The notes under the pieces were generated by a model. That model saw nothing but the letters and a program-made list of their open reading frames with translations, was not told the origin of the DNA and made no database searches. From Yuukianura sp. NJ FZ-2021 (lineage: Eukaryota), in NCBI GenBank assembly GCA_046563655.1, contig CM102285.1, positions 15,128,001-15,192,000 of the forward strand: 64,000 bases of DNA, in the 5' to 3' direction. Position numbers and translations under genes: made by a program. Positions 62,291 through 64,000 of this stretch are shown here, one piece after another (the first letter of the stretch is position 1; every line of letters begins with the position of its first letter).

Positions 62291-64000
62291 ACAATCATCT
62301 CCAAACAATCTGTTACCAAAACCATATTTTTAGTGTAGTGCTGCAGAACAGCAAATGTTAATCAGCAGCTACGTTTTAATCGATGTTAAACATTGCACAG
62401 TTTCTGTTCAGAACATGTTAGCGATAGTCCAGTGTTTAGCTCTATACTCAAAACGACGTAGTGTTTTAGCCTTATTTTTGTAACTCGAGAGCCACTGTTA
62501 TTCACATTTTGGCATTTGACCTGGACCTGCTCGTTCTTTTAATAATCAATTGCTTTTAATCCACTTTAATCAATTTTAAGCTCCACAGACTGTTAAGCGT
62601 TTTCTTTTTAGCATCTAATAATCGTGGATATCCGCTGTTTTTTGTACCTTGGTAGTTTTGAGTTTACTTGATTTTTCGGGTGAGAAAAGGATTAACGACC
62701 TTAGTTGTACCCGCACAGTGTACTAGCTATAGGCACTAAAAATGGTACTACGCCATTTTTAGTGGCTATACCAGAGTGGTAACTTAGTAGCCACTAACAT
62801 CACTCTAACCTTAAGCGGCAACATAAGCTGCAACGCAAAGTGTAGCGTGCCATTGTAACATCTCAGTGTTGCTAGATATCCACTTTTTTGAAATTTACTG
62901 AAATCTACTGAAAAATTATTTCATCCGGTTTTATCCGGAGGGAATGAGTGGTTACCAGTGTATATTTCCACCTAATTTGATGTGGGTGGAAGAAATAGTT
63001 TATCCAGTTGACAACACTGTGGGCCACTAAAAAATTAGCGAAGTGACAACACTGTGAGGCTACAACGACAATCGTTAAACCTTACGCCAACCGACTTTTA
63101 AGTTTAATAGGTGAGTCATAATCCCAAAGTCCAATTTTAAAAATAACAGATTTTTAAGTTTTTGTTCCTTTTTAATGTTAATTGAGTTAATATTAATCGT
63201 GATTGGGTGAGTAAACCTGTTTGCCCAATGAAGTAAAGAGAAGAAGGCGACAGTGAAGCTCATATCCAGAGAGGCCAGTCGAGAGGTATAGGGATCTTGT
63301 GTGTCTAGTGTTTAGGGAGGCGCTGGCGCTTTGCAAAAAGCCAGAATTCGCATTCGCACAATTTTTTTTTGCGAAAATTCACCCATCCATTTTCCGTTTG
63401 GAGAAGGGAGTCGGCGGAGGACGAATTCTTGACTTTATCCTTGGTCTGGTGTATCTCTGGTTCTCCAACACACAAGGACACACCAGTCCAATTCTTAGAT
63501 CCACTCAAACGACTTATCCTCCCACCCACCACTTCACTCTACCAATTAATAATTAACCTCACTCGCAATTTACTAATTATTCACTTTACTCACTCCAGCA
63601 ACAGATCCCTGGTCATAGGAACGACATGAGCAGCCCTGCTTGAAGTCACTGAGGAATCACAACGGCTGGAACCATCCTACACTCCAAATGAGGTCAACAT
63701 AAACCTAAAGTCTAAGGGTCAACTTGGGAGGTCAAAGGACGAGCAATCGACTGAGTCAGTGTCAGCTCTAACTTGTAACGTGTCAGCTTAGACCACCGTC
63801 GTCAGCTAAACCAGCCTCTCTTACGTGGGCTACTTGTGTTCAGAACGAAAGGTAAGGAACACATTTGAAGAATAGTAAGTACTATCGTGCTAAGTCGGAC
63901 AATCGTTGTTTACATTTGGATTTGTTGATTTTAGAGCGGACATACCCTAACTTAGTACGAATCTGTGATTGGAATTTGAGAAGGTGCTAATGAAAATATC

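Noticed and set aside
62690..63070. Possible transposon with repeated gccacta / tgacaacactgtg words
   Set aside because: No termini, target-site duplication or coding remnant could be defined.

Overview
Eukaryotic, AT-rich genomic DNA with many short (about 50-100 nt) GT-AG introns, from an invertebrate that is probably an arthropod; the species cannot be determined from the sequence. I assembled ten spliced gene models by hand, checking reading phase at each junction. In order they are: the 3' part of a CUB/EGF single-pass membrane protein with a very long Ser/Pro-rich tail (+), a DUF389 membrane protein (-), Ataxin-1 (+), TRAP-alpha/SSR1 (-), TFB5/GTF2H5 (+) followed 123 nt later by ZNHIT1 (+), glutathione synthetase (-), two orphan genes (+), and a head-to-head pair of a canonical C/EBP (-, intronless CDS) and C/EBP-gamma (+). 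Gene-poor stretches lie at about 12-25.5 kb and 42-57 kb. There are two tRNA-derived SINE-like copies, one DNA-transposon end and several minisatellites. The best leads are: (1) TFB5 and ZNHIT1 may share one transcription unit, with TFB5 removable as an intron; (2) the divergent C/EBP and C/EBP-gamma pair mirrors vertebrate CEBPA-CEBPG, with a uORF cluster, a CTCF motif and C/EBP-ATF sites; (3) recurrent DNA words (AGGTCAAAGGTCA, TAGTTACTCCCT, AAGGGCCCTT), some of which extend into coding sequence; (4) an orphan protein with a possible OB fold. No CRISPR or other prokaryotic system is supported. All family assignments come from recalled motifs, not from database searches.
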